Shown here piece after piece: positions 1-12,106 of a DNA stretch of 64,000 nt (position 1 is the stretch's first letter; each line of letters starts with the position of its first letter). Made by a program: the position numbers and the translations under genes. Source of the DNA: Camelus ferus (lineage: Eukaryota); assembly GCF_009834535.1 (NCBI RefSeq), contig NC_045697.1:89282001-89346000 (forward strand). The letters run 5' to 3'. Below the pieces are notes generated by a model. The model did no database searches and was not told where the DNA came from. It saw only the letters and a program-made list of their open reading frames with translations.

Positions 1-345
1 TGAGAAAGTGGTCCAGTTTGATTTGCATGTAGCTGTCCAGTTTTCCCAACATGTACTGAAGAAGCTGTGTTTTCACTGTGTATTCTTTCTTCCTTTGTTG
101 TAGATTAATTGACCATATAAGTGTGGATTCATCTGGGGGCTCTTTATTCTGTTCTGTTGATCTATATGTCTGTTTTTGTGCCAGTACCATGCTGTTTTGA
201 TTACTGTAGCTTTGTAGTTTGGCTTGAAATCAGGGAGTGTGACACCTCCAGTTTTGTTCTTCTTTCTCAAGATGGTTCTAGCTATTCCGGGTCTTTTGTG
301 TTTTCATAAACATTTAGAATTATTTGTTCTACTTCTGTGAAAAAT
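1..345 (-). mobile_element. LINE-1 ORF2 fragment (runs off window start)
   Basis: ORF 73..270(-) reads [40 protein letters not shown], the conserved L1 ORF2p post-RT motif ([19 protein letters not shown]). Confidence 0.95.
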
Positions 346-1013
346 GCATTCATGAATACTGCAATGGGTTATCAAATTAATTTACTTTATAAAATGTTTA
401 CAAAGTTACCAATGTCATTTAATATATACATATAATTTTCCACATTAAGTAGTGGGTTTAAATAGTTGCTCTTTGTTAATATTCAGCAGAACAAAAAGTG
501 CTCAGTGACTATTCTAAAAAAATAGCTTTTGACTGCCAGCAGTGAGTCTGCAAAATAAATATGTAATAAATATGTAATATGTGCTAAATGCAAAATATTT
601 TATATCAGTATCAGAAAGATAAATCATTTAAATCAAAAATCAGCTAACCAATTTTCCTTTTCAAATTGAAACAAAGAGATATTCATCTTTAGTTGTCATG
701 TTTGTTTTGAGCTCTACCAAAATCCAGTGTTTCTCACATATGAAGGAATCAATGTGTAGACAGAGAGGAACCTGCCAAGACCATTTGCCTTTGATGAAAA
801 GCTCATTTTATAGCTATGTATTAACTATTACAATCATTTTTTAATTCATAGTATATCCAAATTAATAACAGCGTGATATACCCTGTTGTGAAATGGGTTT
901 TCTATGCAGATTTTGAATGGGATCATGGAATGAGGTAGGTGTTACCAGAGAAGATATTTAAAATTTAATTTACAATAATATAATTTATTTTACTGAATAT
1001 CCATGATACAGAG

Positions 1014-1100
1014 CATACTAGTTAGGGTTTCAACCAGAGACATAGAACCAGTTGGAGATGGGTACTAAGAGATTTACTATGAGAAATTGGGTTATACCAA
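1014..1100 (-). mobile_element. ERVL LTR 3'-end fragment (MLT2-like)
   Basis: tagttagggtttcaaccagagacatagaaccagttggagat...aagagatttact resembles the reverse complement of an MLT2-type LTR end (recalled consensus). Confidence 0.5.
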
Positions 1101-1109
1101 ATTGCTTTA

Positions 1110-1545
1110 CACCTGCTACCTCCTTCCAACACAGCCCAGAGAATGATTCCTAATTGTTTTAAGCCAACTGTGGTGACTGAAATATCCTTGACAGTAAATG
1201 TGTTAGGCTTGGATCTCTGATACAATTCTGACCAATAAGAGCTAGAAGTCAACTGTGAAGCTTCTTTAAAATACATGTACAAGGATGCTTCTGTGGTTAT
1301 AAGTGATGCTTGGGATGATGCAACCATTGTAAACATAAAAACAAAGGTAAGAATAAAAAACGGAATATGGGGAAAACTTTGGCCCTTGATGTTATTGAGC
1401 CACCGAATTAATCAGCTCTAAAAGCGACCCCATTCTATCATTTATTCATTCATTCATTTTTTTGATAATACCTTTTTTGGTTGTTTATTCTGTTTGAATT
1501 GGAAATTTTCATTAAATGCAGTCTGTAGCCTTTTAACTGATATAG
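1110..1545 (+). mobile_element. Old MaLR LTR (MLT1J/K/L-like), degraded
   Basis: ttggcccttgatgttattgagccaccgaattaatcagc...ttaactgata matches the MLT1 3' end pattern (GGGTCCCTGATGACATCGTGGAGCCACTGAATCAGC...TAACTGATACA). Confidence 0.55.
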
Positions 1546-1599
1546 AAAGCAAATGAAATAAAAAGTTGCTTGGCAAAGCATGAAATCGGAGAAAGGGGA

Positions 1600-2900
1600 T
1601 TTAAATGATTCAAATGTTTATTGACATGAGGAAAAGGTAGTCTAAAAAACATTTCTTCCTCTGAAATATGACCTTAAGGAACTGAAGTATTTGAAACTGA
1701 GAGTGATGGCAGTCTTTCCCTTAGGAGTTTCTAGGCTTTAACATGGATTAGAATCATCTGAAGAGCTCACTGAAGCATGAGATTTCAGCTCCTCATGTTG
1801 CATATTTCTTCCATTTTCAAGGGGTTTCTTAGAGCTACCCTCACTTGGCTTGATGGGAAGTAGAAGTTTGCTTTTTTGTGTGTTTTCTGCTTCTTAAATT
1901 TTGTCAATGAATTCTTTCTCAGTAAGTCTCTACCTTGTAGGTAAAGATAGGCAGAGCTCCTGCCCAGGACTGATTGGGGGTAGGGGATAAGGAGGAGCTG
2001 CACTTTGTGGTGCCTTCCAGTGTCATCTGGGCAGGGCACTTCAAGCCTGGTTGTTTTCTGGAAATTCTGGTCTCTGGAAGCACCTAGTTCAAAATTTTCT
2101 GTGTTCTTCTTGGTGATTAGGACTGGCTTGGACTGGCATTACTGTCCAGGCAGGGTGCCCTGGACCCATGTCTTTATTTCTCTCCTTGGTGGTGGGGACC
2201 CTCCATCCCTTTATCTCAAGCCTGGGGTCTACCAGATGCCTCAGAAACTCTTGAGACTCAAGCTGATAGGTTCCTATGGATGGTCCCTGGAGGGCAACAT
2301 GATAAGTGGGCCACATCTACTGATTAAGATAGTATTTCTCTCATGGGATTTGCATGAGATCGGGCTACCAGAATGGTACTTCATGCTCAACTTGGGTGAG
2401 TACCAGTCACATCAGACACAGGAAGATTTCAAGATTAGACTACTGGTGGTCTACTGATGACCCTTTGACTTTGAGCCATATGAAGCCTGAACATTGGCTG
2501 TAGCCTGCCATTGCTCTGACCATGGTTCTACAGCACCCAAGGGTAGTTGGGGTGGTAGCAGGTGTTCTTCATCTTGTGTGCCCCCAGGCACTGGCACCCA
2601 GGGCAGTCATTCCACTGGCTCAGACAGTCCTTCAAGGATGGTCTTCAGTTTTTTCAGTACTATTGCTCTTCAACATCAGTAGTCACCTTTGATTGGTATC
2701 CTCTGATGCTTCAATTAATAAATCTTAAATTTTGAAAACTAGAAGTGGATGTACCTTGTATAAATGGAACTTCTGCACATGGGACCCTTGACTATCCTCC
2801 CCACTATTGCACTGTATAGAAGGCAGGTTTGTTGTTAACATTGAAAGAAATCACATTTTAAGGATGTAGCAATAACTTAAAGGGTTCAAGAGAAGTCATA
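1600..2900 (-). pseudogene. Possible decayed processed pseudogene / retrocopy of unknown parent
   Basis: Core ~1950-2660 is about 50% GC against an AT-rich background and almost CpG-free. It matches no repeat family I recognise. Minus-strand AATAAA at 1617-1622. All frames are interrupted and the parent is not identified. Confidence 0.3.
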
Positions 2901-3919
2901 ATTAGAAGATGAATATTATTCTGTATTTGGCCTATAATAATACTTCAAATGGTGAATTTAACATGACCAGAAATAAAATTATAATTCATGTATTCCTGCA
3001 CATTTGGATAAGACATGCATCTGTGGGTATCATCAACAAAGTACAATAACAGCCATTAAGAGAGTCATTGGAAGCTGATACTCATTGGCTGTTTGAAGGA
3101 GGATGCAGTATTATGACTGATGAGGTAAACAACATTTTAATAAATAAATAAAATTGTTAAGGAACTGCAGAAGAGAGAAGATCTGTGATCTGTTGATACA
3201 AATGGTTTCCAAAGCTATAGCACTGGGAGTAATGATAGTCTTGCTCCTCGTGATAGGGGATATGATGTTAGCCACTAACAATGCATTTGACATTGAAGAG
3301 TACAGAGATGATTCCTGGACTGAATAGGAAGAAATGGTGCCTGAATGCTTAGAAGATTCTCCCCATGCACTCACTGGACATAAGCAAAATTTGTAAGGAT
3401 TCACTTATCTACCCACTATTTTAAATCATTGATAAATCAGTATATTTCACATGGACTCATATAGTTTGTTATACATTTTTAATCAAATTGTTTATAGAAG
3501 GAGAAGCCTTACAAAATATATTTGCCTAAAGCCCTGCAAACCATGGGGGCAGATATGCTGGGCACCTTTGAGAATCTTGAGTTTAGAGCCTGCCTTCACT
3601 TAACATGCATTGTTGTCAACTTTGAGCCCTTTGCCAATTTGGATACAACAGAAAAAAATCTAGTTTCACATTTATCAATATATCTATTAATGGACACACA
3701 CAGAGTTATATACATACACAAACACACATACACATTATCTAAACTCTCACTGTTTGAAATCTTGCAAGGCAAAATAAGGAAATTAAAAGACTTAAATATC
3801 TAAAAAATACATATCTATATATCCCATTCACACTTTAATATATATTAATATCTAATATGTATTGCATATTTACTACATGCAATAAATTATTTTATCTTCT
3901 TACAAATACCTACGTATCT

Positions 3920-4100
3920 ATTCTCCATGATAGTCATATGATATACTTATAATCATAATTATTATCCATATTTTGTAAATAAGAAAACTGGAGAAAAGGG
4001 AGGTTAAGTAACTGCCCAAGGTCACATACCTTGTAAATGCAAAATGAAATATTAACTCAGAAAGCCAAGTTCTCAAGCACATTCTTTTACTGCCTCTCAT
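3920..4100 (-). mobile_element. MIR SINE
   Basis: attatccatattttgtaaataagaaaactgg...aggttaagtaactgcccaaggtcacat is the reverse complement of the MIR core. Confidence 0.85.
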
Positions 4101-5369
4101 ACGGATTTTTTCCCTCCCTTTTGATGTCATATTAATGCATAATTTGTCTTTGTCTTGGAATATATTTTGAAGGAATGTATTATTTGAAACAAAGTGATTC
4201 AAAGGAAGAAAGTTTTGTTGGTGATGTTTAGATAGGGGGAGAGTGTTTGTGATGGGCATTTTTAAAGAAATGTGTAACAAATCCAGTAAAGATTTTACTC
4301 ATTAAAAAATTTAGCAATGAAATATTTTCATAAGATAAGTTTTGGGTAGATGTTCAAATATGTGAAAATGACATCATGAGAAAGACATTTTAAAAAGACA
4401 GTTATTGCCCACTCAGTAATTGATTAGAGAATAACTGGAGTTGTGCATACATTTTGGCAAACCAGCACAGCCATTATTTTTCTCCTTGAACTGCAAAATA
4501 GTAGAGTCACAACTGACCATCCACAAGTTTGATCAGTCTGACAAACAGCTCCAAACGTTTCCTGGAGTCCTTCACTTTTCATTAGCAAACCCTAATCTTA
4601 AATTCTTGTCTAACAAAAATGGCCATTTCCCTGAAATTTTTAAAGTGGTTTACAAAATCACTGTAGCCCACTGAATTTAGAGTGGATTTTAGCTGTACTG
4701 TAAAACTAGGGAAACTATGTTGTTTATTAAAACCGTATTTTCAAATTAAGTTTCTTGCAAGGATCCAGACTGCATGCAGCACTACTGTGAAGGGAAGTGC
4801 TATAACTTTTCAGAAGTGCTGCATTCTCAGTTCCACACATGAGTTTCTATGATGGATTCACATTTTCATTTGATCATGTAGTAAATAACAACATAAATTC
4901 CCTCACAAATGCCAGAATTACAGTTGTATAATCTTCCAGGTACTCTTAATTTGGAGAAGCATGTGTTTTTATCATTTTTAGGGAGTGGATATAGGAATTT
5001 TTTTTATGGTAATACTAAAATATTCAGGATAAACTTTAGATATTATAGACATTTTTGATGAATGTAACATATATTTAGTTGGTTCTGTCCCACATTTACT
5101 TTTGGTATTTCAGACTATAATATAAGCATCTATTTTTCTAAAGATGAATTTGGAAATTCAAGAATTCAGCCAAATTGAGTGATTTATTTTTCTATTTCCA
5201 AATCTCCATCCACTTTGAAATGCTTTCTCATTTTTATAATTTAACCTCTCAATGACATAAACCAGCATGGTTAGAATTCTTTTCTATTCCCTTTTAAAGT
5301 GCATATTTTTGATTAGCTAACACAGAATCTTTGGGCTTTGACCTTTCTTACTTTCTTCTCTTGCCTCTT

Positions 5370-6010
5370 TTTTTTCTATGAAGCCATATGTTGGCCTCCT
5401 TCAAGGCTCAACCGTGGGCCCTTAGCCATCTCATTCTCATGCATTGCTTTAATTTCCACCTAGATATAGATAACCTGTCTTTATGCAGACCCTCCCGTGC
5501 ACCTCTTCACTGAATTCTTCACTTAACTAATAATCTGTCCCCTATTACGCAGTGTGGACTCCTTCTACTGTTTACTGTCTTGATAACTAGTATCACCATT
5601 TATTCCACTGCAAGAACAGAACATAGGTATCACTCTTGACACCCTTCAAAATCTACTCTATTAATCGAATCCGTCAGAAGTTTTATTGTAGTTACTGCTT
5701 AGATAGCTTCAGTCTACTTCTGCTGCATATTTCAAAATCCCAGTTAAAATTCTCTCCCTTGTATTTCTTTACCTTTGGTTGCTCAAGCTGCACACACTTT
5801 CTGTTTCTACATTGCAAATACATCCTCTGCATTTCTGCCGGAACAATATTGTCAAAATGTAAATCTGAATATTCTTCGTTGCCTAAAATCATCCAGTCAG
5901 TTTTTTTCTGTCCTTTTGATAAGGACAGACGTCTATAACGTGTTCTAAGAGATCTCACCTGCTCTGTTCCCTGCCTACTATTTTGGCCTCTCCTCAACTA
6001 CAGTTCCCCT
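5370..6010 (+). mobile_element. LINE-2 (L2) fragment
   Basis: Collinear with the L2 consensus: cttcaaggctcaaccgtgggccc, gtatcactcttgacaccc, aaaatgtaaatctgaa, ctgttccctgcctac. Confidence 0.75.
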
Positions 6011-6104
6011 AATTTTTTTCTCATCATATTTTATGATCTTGTTTTATTCCTCATAGTTATGATGTTCCCATCAGTCATAGATAAACTGAAAATGTTGTCC
6101 TCCT

Positions 6105-6515
6105 TTATTAGAATGGTTTGGCTGCAAATAATGGACAAATCCAAATCTATTGCCTTATTCAGTGGCAATTTATTATGTTCTATAATCAGTCAAGGGACAC
6201 TCAGGAAGGGTTAATGCCATCAAAGCCACCTCCAGACTTTCTGGTCTATTCTATCATTCATATCTAATATGCCTCCTCTTGGGTTATCATCTCTCAGAAT
6301 TTAATGATGGATGCAGAAATTCTGGGAATCATATTCCTCCCACAATATCTAAAGATAGAAGTGGGTTGTTATTTTCCTTGTGTCTCATTTTAATATACAG
6401 AAATCCCTGAACTTTCCTAGGTAATTTACCTGTGTATATAACTGACCAAAACTTAACATTATATGCCTATGAATGAAACGTCAATACAAGCAATATGGGA
6501 CATTCTAGTGGCCTT
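6105..6515 (-). mobile_element. Old MaLR LTR (MLT1K/L-like)
   Basis: ttagaatggtttggctgcaaataatggacaaatcc...atttattatg matches the reverse-complement MLT1 3' end (TTAGGATGCTTTCGGCTGCAAGTAACAGAAAACCC). Confidence 0.65.
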
Positions 6516-6647
6516 CCTTGATGCTCCCAATTAAATCAAGCTCTAGCTTGTATAAAGTTTCTAAAGTCTTTTTTTATACACTGTACTTAACATAGTGTCC
6601 TTTCTACTGTCATTTACAGGACTTAAGAAATGATCATTTGGTTCTGT

Positions 6648-6690
6648 GTAGATAGATAGGCAGGCAGACAGACAGACAGACAGACAGACA
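6648..6690 (+). repeat. (GATA)/(GGCA)/(GACA)n compound tetranucleotide microsatellite
   Basis: gatagataggcaggcagacagacagacagacagacagaca seen directly. Confidence 0.9.
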
Positions 6691-6789
6691 TGAGCTGATT
6701 TCATGGGAAGTTCACGCCTAAGGATGCTCTCAGAAATAATAGTTCCTCTTAATTTAGAACAACAAGCTTAACCAAGTGGGCTATTGTTC

Positions 6790-7340
6790 TTCCTTCTAGA
6801 TCAGGAGAAGTGGCTCAGAGATTATTTCTAGGGGGAAAAGACAGGCCATAAGAACACAGAACTCTGAAACTTCCCAGAAAAAGAAATGACTTTATTTGGA
6901 ACACTGTGGGGGAAATTCAAGCCTAACCATGCTCTTGAAAATAATAGAGAATGTGGCTGTAAGCAGTTAAGAGGAAGATGACAAAATCATGAAAGAAGTA
7001 AGGTAAACTGTAGGCAGGCTAGTTTACCAAAAAGAACCAGGGAAAGAGACTAGGTAGAGCCTTTCTGTTGTGAAAATAGATCTCAAAGACTGACCTCAAA
7101 AAGTACTTCTGCAAAGGAACTCAGATTTTATTGGATAAGACTACAGAACAATTTATGTTCCAATGCATTGTCAAAAATAGTGAAACAATCAACTGGTAAT
7201 TAGTGGAACTGGGTGTAATACCAAATGGGACAGTTAGTTTAACAGAGATATCAGAGGCAGAAACAGTTTAAAACAGTCCTGCTAATCATCCAAGGGTAAA
7301 TGTACACATGCCCATAGCTACACACTTTGAGGTACAGTAC
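6790..7340 (+). mobile_element. Ancient L1 5'-end fragment (L1M4-type)
   Basis: ttggataagactacagaacaatttatgttccaatgcattgtcaaaaatagtgaaacaatcaactggtaattagtggaa and catccaagggtaaatgtacacatgccc match the recalled L1M4 5' end consensus. Confidence 0.65.
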
Positions 7341-7359
7341 CAGATTATTCCTTCAGCTG

Positions 7360-8730
7360 AGTTTGCAGAAATTGCCAACCTGATTCTAAAATTCCTGTGG
7401 AAATTCAAGAAACTCAAATAGTCAAAACAATCTTGAAAAATAAAGCAAAATTAGAAGACTTATACTTCCTGATTTTAAAATTCACAGCAATAGTACGATA
7501 ATCAAAATACTATAATGTGGGGAAAAGGGAACATTTGTACACAGTTGGTGGGATGGTAAATTAGTACAGTAATTATGGAGAATAGCATGGAGATTTCTTG
7601 CAAAATTAAAAATAGGTCTAGTCTCTGATCTAGTAATCCCATTTCTGAGTATATATCCAAAGGTTATGAAATCAGTATTTTGAAGAAATACTTGCACTCT
7701 TGTATTCATTGAAGCATTGTTCATGATAGCCAAGTTATGGACATAACCTAAGTGTTGAATGGATAGAGAAATTGTGAGATTATAGATCTTGATATGGATA
7801 CACACATATATATTACCCATATATAAATATATATGTAATATTTTAAGTGTATATTATGCTATATATAGTTATAAATATACATATGTGTATATACATATTT
7901 ATATATATATATACAGCTGACCCTTGAACAACATGGGTTTGAACTGTGTGTTTCCACATACACATGGATTTTTTTCACTAAATATGTACTGCAGTACTAC
8001 AGGATCCTTGCTTGGCTGATTCCTCAGATGCAGAGCCACGGATATGGAGGGCTGACTGTATGTAAAGTTATAAGCAGATTTTCAGCTGTGGGGAATGTTA
8101 GCACCCCTAACCCCTGTGTTATTCAAAGCTCAACTGCATATAATGGAATATTATTGAGCCTCAAACAAAAGAAGGAAAATCTTTTATTTGGCAATCATGC
8201 ATGAACATGGAGGACATATGCTAAGTGAAATAAGCCAGACACAGAAAGACAAATGAGCATGATATCCCTTACATGTGGAATCTTAGAAAGTCAAACTCAT
8301 GAAATCAGAGAGTAAAATAGTGGCCGCCAGCGGCTAGTGGGTGGGGGAAATGGGGAGATGTTTGTCAAAGGGTGTAAGCTTTCAGTTGTAAGATGAAAAA
8401 AAATTCTAGAGATCTAATGTACAGCATGGTAATTGTATGACTAATTCTGTATTGTATACATGACGTTTGCTAAGAGAGTAAATCGTGTCTTCACCACACA
8501 CATAGACACACACACACACACACAAATGGAAACTATGTGGGATAACAGACATGTTAATTAGCTTGACTGTGGTACTCATTACCCACAGTATACATATATC
8601 AAAACATCACTTTTTACACCTTAAATACATACAGTTTTTTATTTGTCAGTCATACCTCAGTACAGCTGGGGATTGGGGAAAAATTAAGGAAAAGCAAAAA
8701 CAGATAAAATAAAATGAAAAATAAAATAAA
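7360..8730 (+). mobile_element. L1 ORF2 fragment joined to L1MA8/9-like 3' end with A-rich tail
   Basis: 7360-7515 is ORF2 (aaaacaatcttgaaaaataaagcaaaattagaagacttatacttcctgattt). 7516-8670 is the ORF2 end and 3' UTR with ctttcagttgtaagatg...gatctaatgtacagcatgg...tttgtcagtcatacctcag. Interrupted by a TA-rich repeat and a Tigger2-type MITE. Confidence 0.9.
7914..8136 (+). mobile_element. Tigger2-family MITE (TcMar-Tigger, MER8/Tigger2a-like)
   Basis: TIRs cagctgacccttgaacaacatggg ... cctgtgttattcaaagctcaactg. TA on the left, CA (probably mutated TA) on the right. Inserted in a TA-rich tract of the L1. Confidence 0.9.
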
Positions 8731-9354
8731 TGCATGCATTTTGAAAAAAAGTGCTATAAATAATTAGGAGTTTGGGCTAATATTAAATGACATTTGGGAT
8801 GAAGTTCAAGAACAAAAAATCCTATCTGCTCTAACTCACTACTTCCTATGAGATTCCTAAGGCAGCCACAGTAAATGCAAAACAAGACTCTGATAATCAG
8901 ATATCTCTTGTGAAGTATGTGGCCTAAGCTGAAGGTCTTAGTGGGACTTTCCACTCTCTAATAAACCCGAATTAAAATCTTACCATCAGTCACCCTTGAG
9001 TGGAGAAGCAGGCATCAGGCTGCAGCTGGGTATGAGTGGAGACAAAGAGAGGACCAGAGGTCTGGCATTGCCCTCTTGGATTCAGGAACCACACTGGACA
9101 TTTTAGCACATAGCGATCCCACCCACTATTAAATGTAGACCCCCTCCTCTTAGGGTAGAACAAGCAGGGCAGTTCAAGATGAATGTGGAGTCCTCTTCCT
9201 TTCTGGAATGAAAATGTGACCCTGTTTTGTAGTGCCAGACTTGGGAACATCTGGGGCACACAAACAGATGCATATTATTTATTTGTATGTTTTATTTTCT
9301 TTTATTTCTTTGTTTTATTCATGTTCACACCCTTTTAATTTGGAAACTGGTAAG

Positions 9355-9572
9355 TAGTATGGTTAGCAGACTGTCCTTTAAGGGAGTCCTGAATTCAAAT
9401 CCTAATGCTTGCTATATTTGCTGTGCTTGGCTGTGATCCAAACCTCCAAAAGACACAGTTTCCTCATCCATCAGTAAAACAATGTTAATTCATAGTATAA
9501 TTCTAACCTCATGATGATTCACTACTATGCTATGTTTGGCATAAGAGTGCTCAGTATGGTTAATAAATATTC
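9355..9572 (+). mobile_element. MIR SINE, degraded
   Basis: cctgaattcaaatccta...cagtttcctcatc...tttggcataagagtgctcag...aataaatatt follows the MIR consensus. Confidence 0.6.
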
Positions 9573-11624
9573 AGAGAGAAATAAAATGAATACATTTCCA
9601 CCGAGAAACAACTTCCCACTGGTAAGACAGACATAAATAGTTACAGTGCAAGGTTGAGGGTGCCATGTGCTACAGAAGACCTTTAAACAAATTTTAAAAC
9701 TATGGGCAAAGGAGACTCAAAAGAGAGGAAGTGGAGAGGTTGCAGGTACACTTGAGTAAAGTGAAAGATGAATGGGGCAAAAGTGGGAGACAGGCTGGAA
9801 AGTTAGTTTATAACAAAATAGAACATCATACAAGGCATTTGTATGCTCTGCCTATGGTAAGTGGCAATCTGAGGGGAACAATATGCCTGACCTCTCGTTT
9901 TTTAATAATACCCAATCTAATAGATAACAATTTAATACTAGTATTGAACTGTCAATGAGACTAGTTCATCCATCAGTGTCTAAATAATAGCACATGCTCT
10001 GCCTAGAACCAGTGCTGTTCTAAGGAAGAAATTGACATTATGACCCATAAACTATAAAGTATAATACACTTTATTATGGTGATTTGCTTTATTTAAACAG
10101 TATGAACATATGCAAGATTCTATATTATTGTATTATTTTAAAAGACAAATTTCAGTCCATGTAGATGAGCAAAGTTGAGAAGAGAATTGTTTTTACAGTG
10201 ACAGTTCATGTGAAATTACTTTCATGTTGTCTCCATTCTCATTATTGTTGCTATATTCCATGTTAGCACATTCTCAAGGCAAGTGAAGGAAGAGTGTATG
10301 AGGGTGGTGAAGTCTGATCCCACCTGATTTATAGTCCAACTCTGGAAGTCATGTCGGCCCAACCAGATGGCAGATAAACAGCTGAACTTGTGAACCTGGC
10401 TTAAATGAATCAAATGTTCTAAGTCATAAACATAAGACAGATGCTTACCAAATAATATTCCCACACTTGCTAATATATTAGATAACTGAACACTAATTTT
10501 TTTTCAAATTTAAAGATATATAGCATGTCCAATAATAATGAATTAAACAGAGCCAATGTAAATAATGTAGAATTTTTAAATGAAATATAATTCTTTTGGC
10601 CTAAATGATCTCTTTGTACTGTAATAAAATGTATGTTGCTAGTTTTCCCCACTTACATTTTATGTTCAGCTAGGAAAAGAGGTAATAAAGAAAACAATAA
10701 ACAGAACATTTGAATGTGTCCAGCTCATACTTGTTAACAGGCCAGATAGAAGCAGGTCAACCATCTAAATGTTCTATGGTATTAATGGAATGTAAATGTT
10801 TCTTCTTTTCTTTTCTTTTTTTTTTTTTTTAATGATTCCTGCAGTAATTTTCAGAGCCTAGGTTGAAAAAATCCTTTGCCATTTTTTTATGGCATATGGC
10901 CATTTATAATATCTCCCCTTCCTGCAGGCCCAAGTACAAGACATGTGTTAAACAAATATCAGACTACCTCTTTCTGGCCTAGTTCTCATTTGGTATAGGG
11001 CACAGCTACTCCTGTGGGCAAATACCCATCTGGGAAAGGCGTGGGGATAAAGCAGAATGATGGAAATTATATTCAGTGATTTTCTTACCGTGTTTTTAGA
11101 TATTAAAAATTATCATCCTGTTAATCTATGGTCATTAGGAGAAATACTTATATGTCTCCTTTCCCTGACACAATAACCCTTATGTTCACAGGGATCCCCT
11201 TCTCATCACCTATACACAGTTGCATATTTTAGGCAGGGAGATCTTGCCTACCTTACATTTTGGTGTATACAAATAAAGATGGTATAAACACCACAAAATA
11301 GGATGTATTCTATATAGTATATTTTTATAAGTAGAGAGAAATTCTATTTTTAAAACTAAAAAATGTAGTTTATAGAACTGCTAAGGACAATTAATCTAAA
11401 CATCCCTATTCATTTAATTTGCTAAGTGGACTTCACTTAAGTGACTCCCATATCTACTATTTTCTTATTTCCCATTGCATTTGGTTATTTAGTTGCATTA
11501 ACTTTGTAAGGAAACAATTGTAAAAATACTCCATGATTATTATAAGTGACTACAAGTAGTATTGAAGGAAAAGCTCTAGATTGTGCATATGAGTGCCATT
11601 ATTTCATGCATACATTTCTTCAAA

Positions 11625-11860
11625 ATTGAGGTTTTGTACCATAGGTGGTTGATTCAGAGAAAAAAAAAATTCTCCTTGCCTTCAAGAAACAAACTATCAC
11701 TTAGGCTAGAGTCAAGCATTAAACATAGTAAGCAGTTAATTATTAAGATCAAGCACATTAAATATAGATAAACCCTGACACAAAACAGGGGTTGGGAAAC
11801 CATTTAGAGGTTCTCACTAAACTGAGGTTTTAAGAATGAGAAGCAGTTACCCAGGAAACT
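11625..11860 (-). mobile_element. L2 3'-end fragment
   Basis: ctccttgccttcaagaaacaaac...aaactgaggttttaagaatgagaagcagttacccagg resembles the reverse-complement L2 3' region. Confidence 0.5.
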
Positions 11861-11896
11861 GTGTAGATCTCTAAGGTTAAAATTATGGCATCATTT

Positions 11897-12106
11897 TAGT
11901 GGTTTCAATCCTGACTGCCTAAAGAATCTTCTGAGGAGCTTTTAAAAACAAAACATAAACAAAACCAAAAATAGAACGTGAAGCAATTAGTGACCCCCCA
12001 ATCACAAGAGAGTCAGACTCATCTGGCTTGTGGAGGGGGGGCTCAGATGTTGGAAATTCAGACTTCTCCAGATGAATATAATTTGCACTGGGGTTGGGAA
12101 CTACTG
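11897..12106 (+). mobile_element. MER5B (hAT-Charlie MITE)
   Basis: Ends tagtggtttcaatcctgactgc and ggggttgggaactactg. Internal gaatcttctgaggagcttttaaaaa and ttctccagatga match MER5B. Confidence 0.75.

Noticed and set aside
2005..2457. Longest ORF in the track (150 aa, +) as a real gene
   Set aside because: Non-ATG start, Trp/Leu-rich composition typical of an antisense frame, no recognisable domain or exon structure
2950..3410. Possible endogenous viral (e.g. bornavirus N-like) or pseudogene fragment
   Set aside because: The frames I translated gave no motif matching EBLN or any other protein I know; most are interrupted by stops
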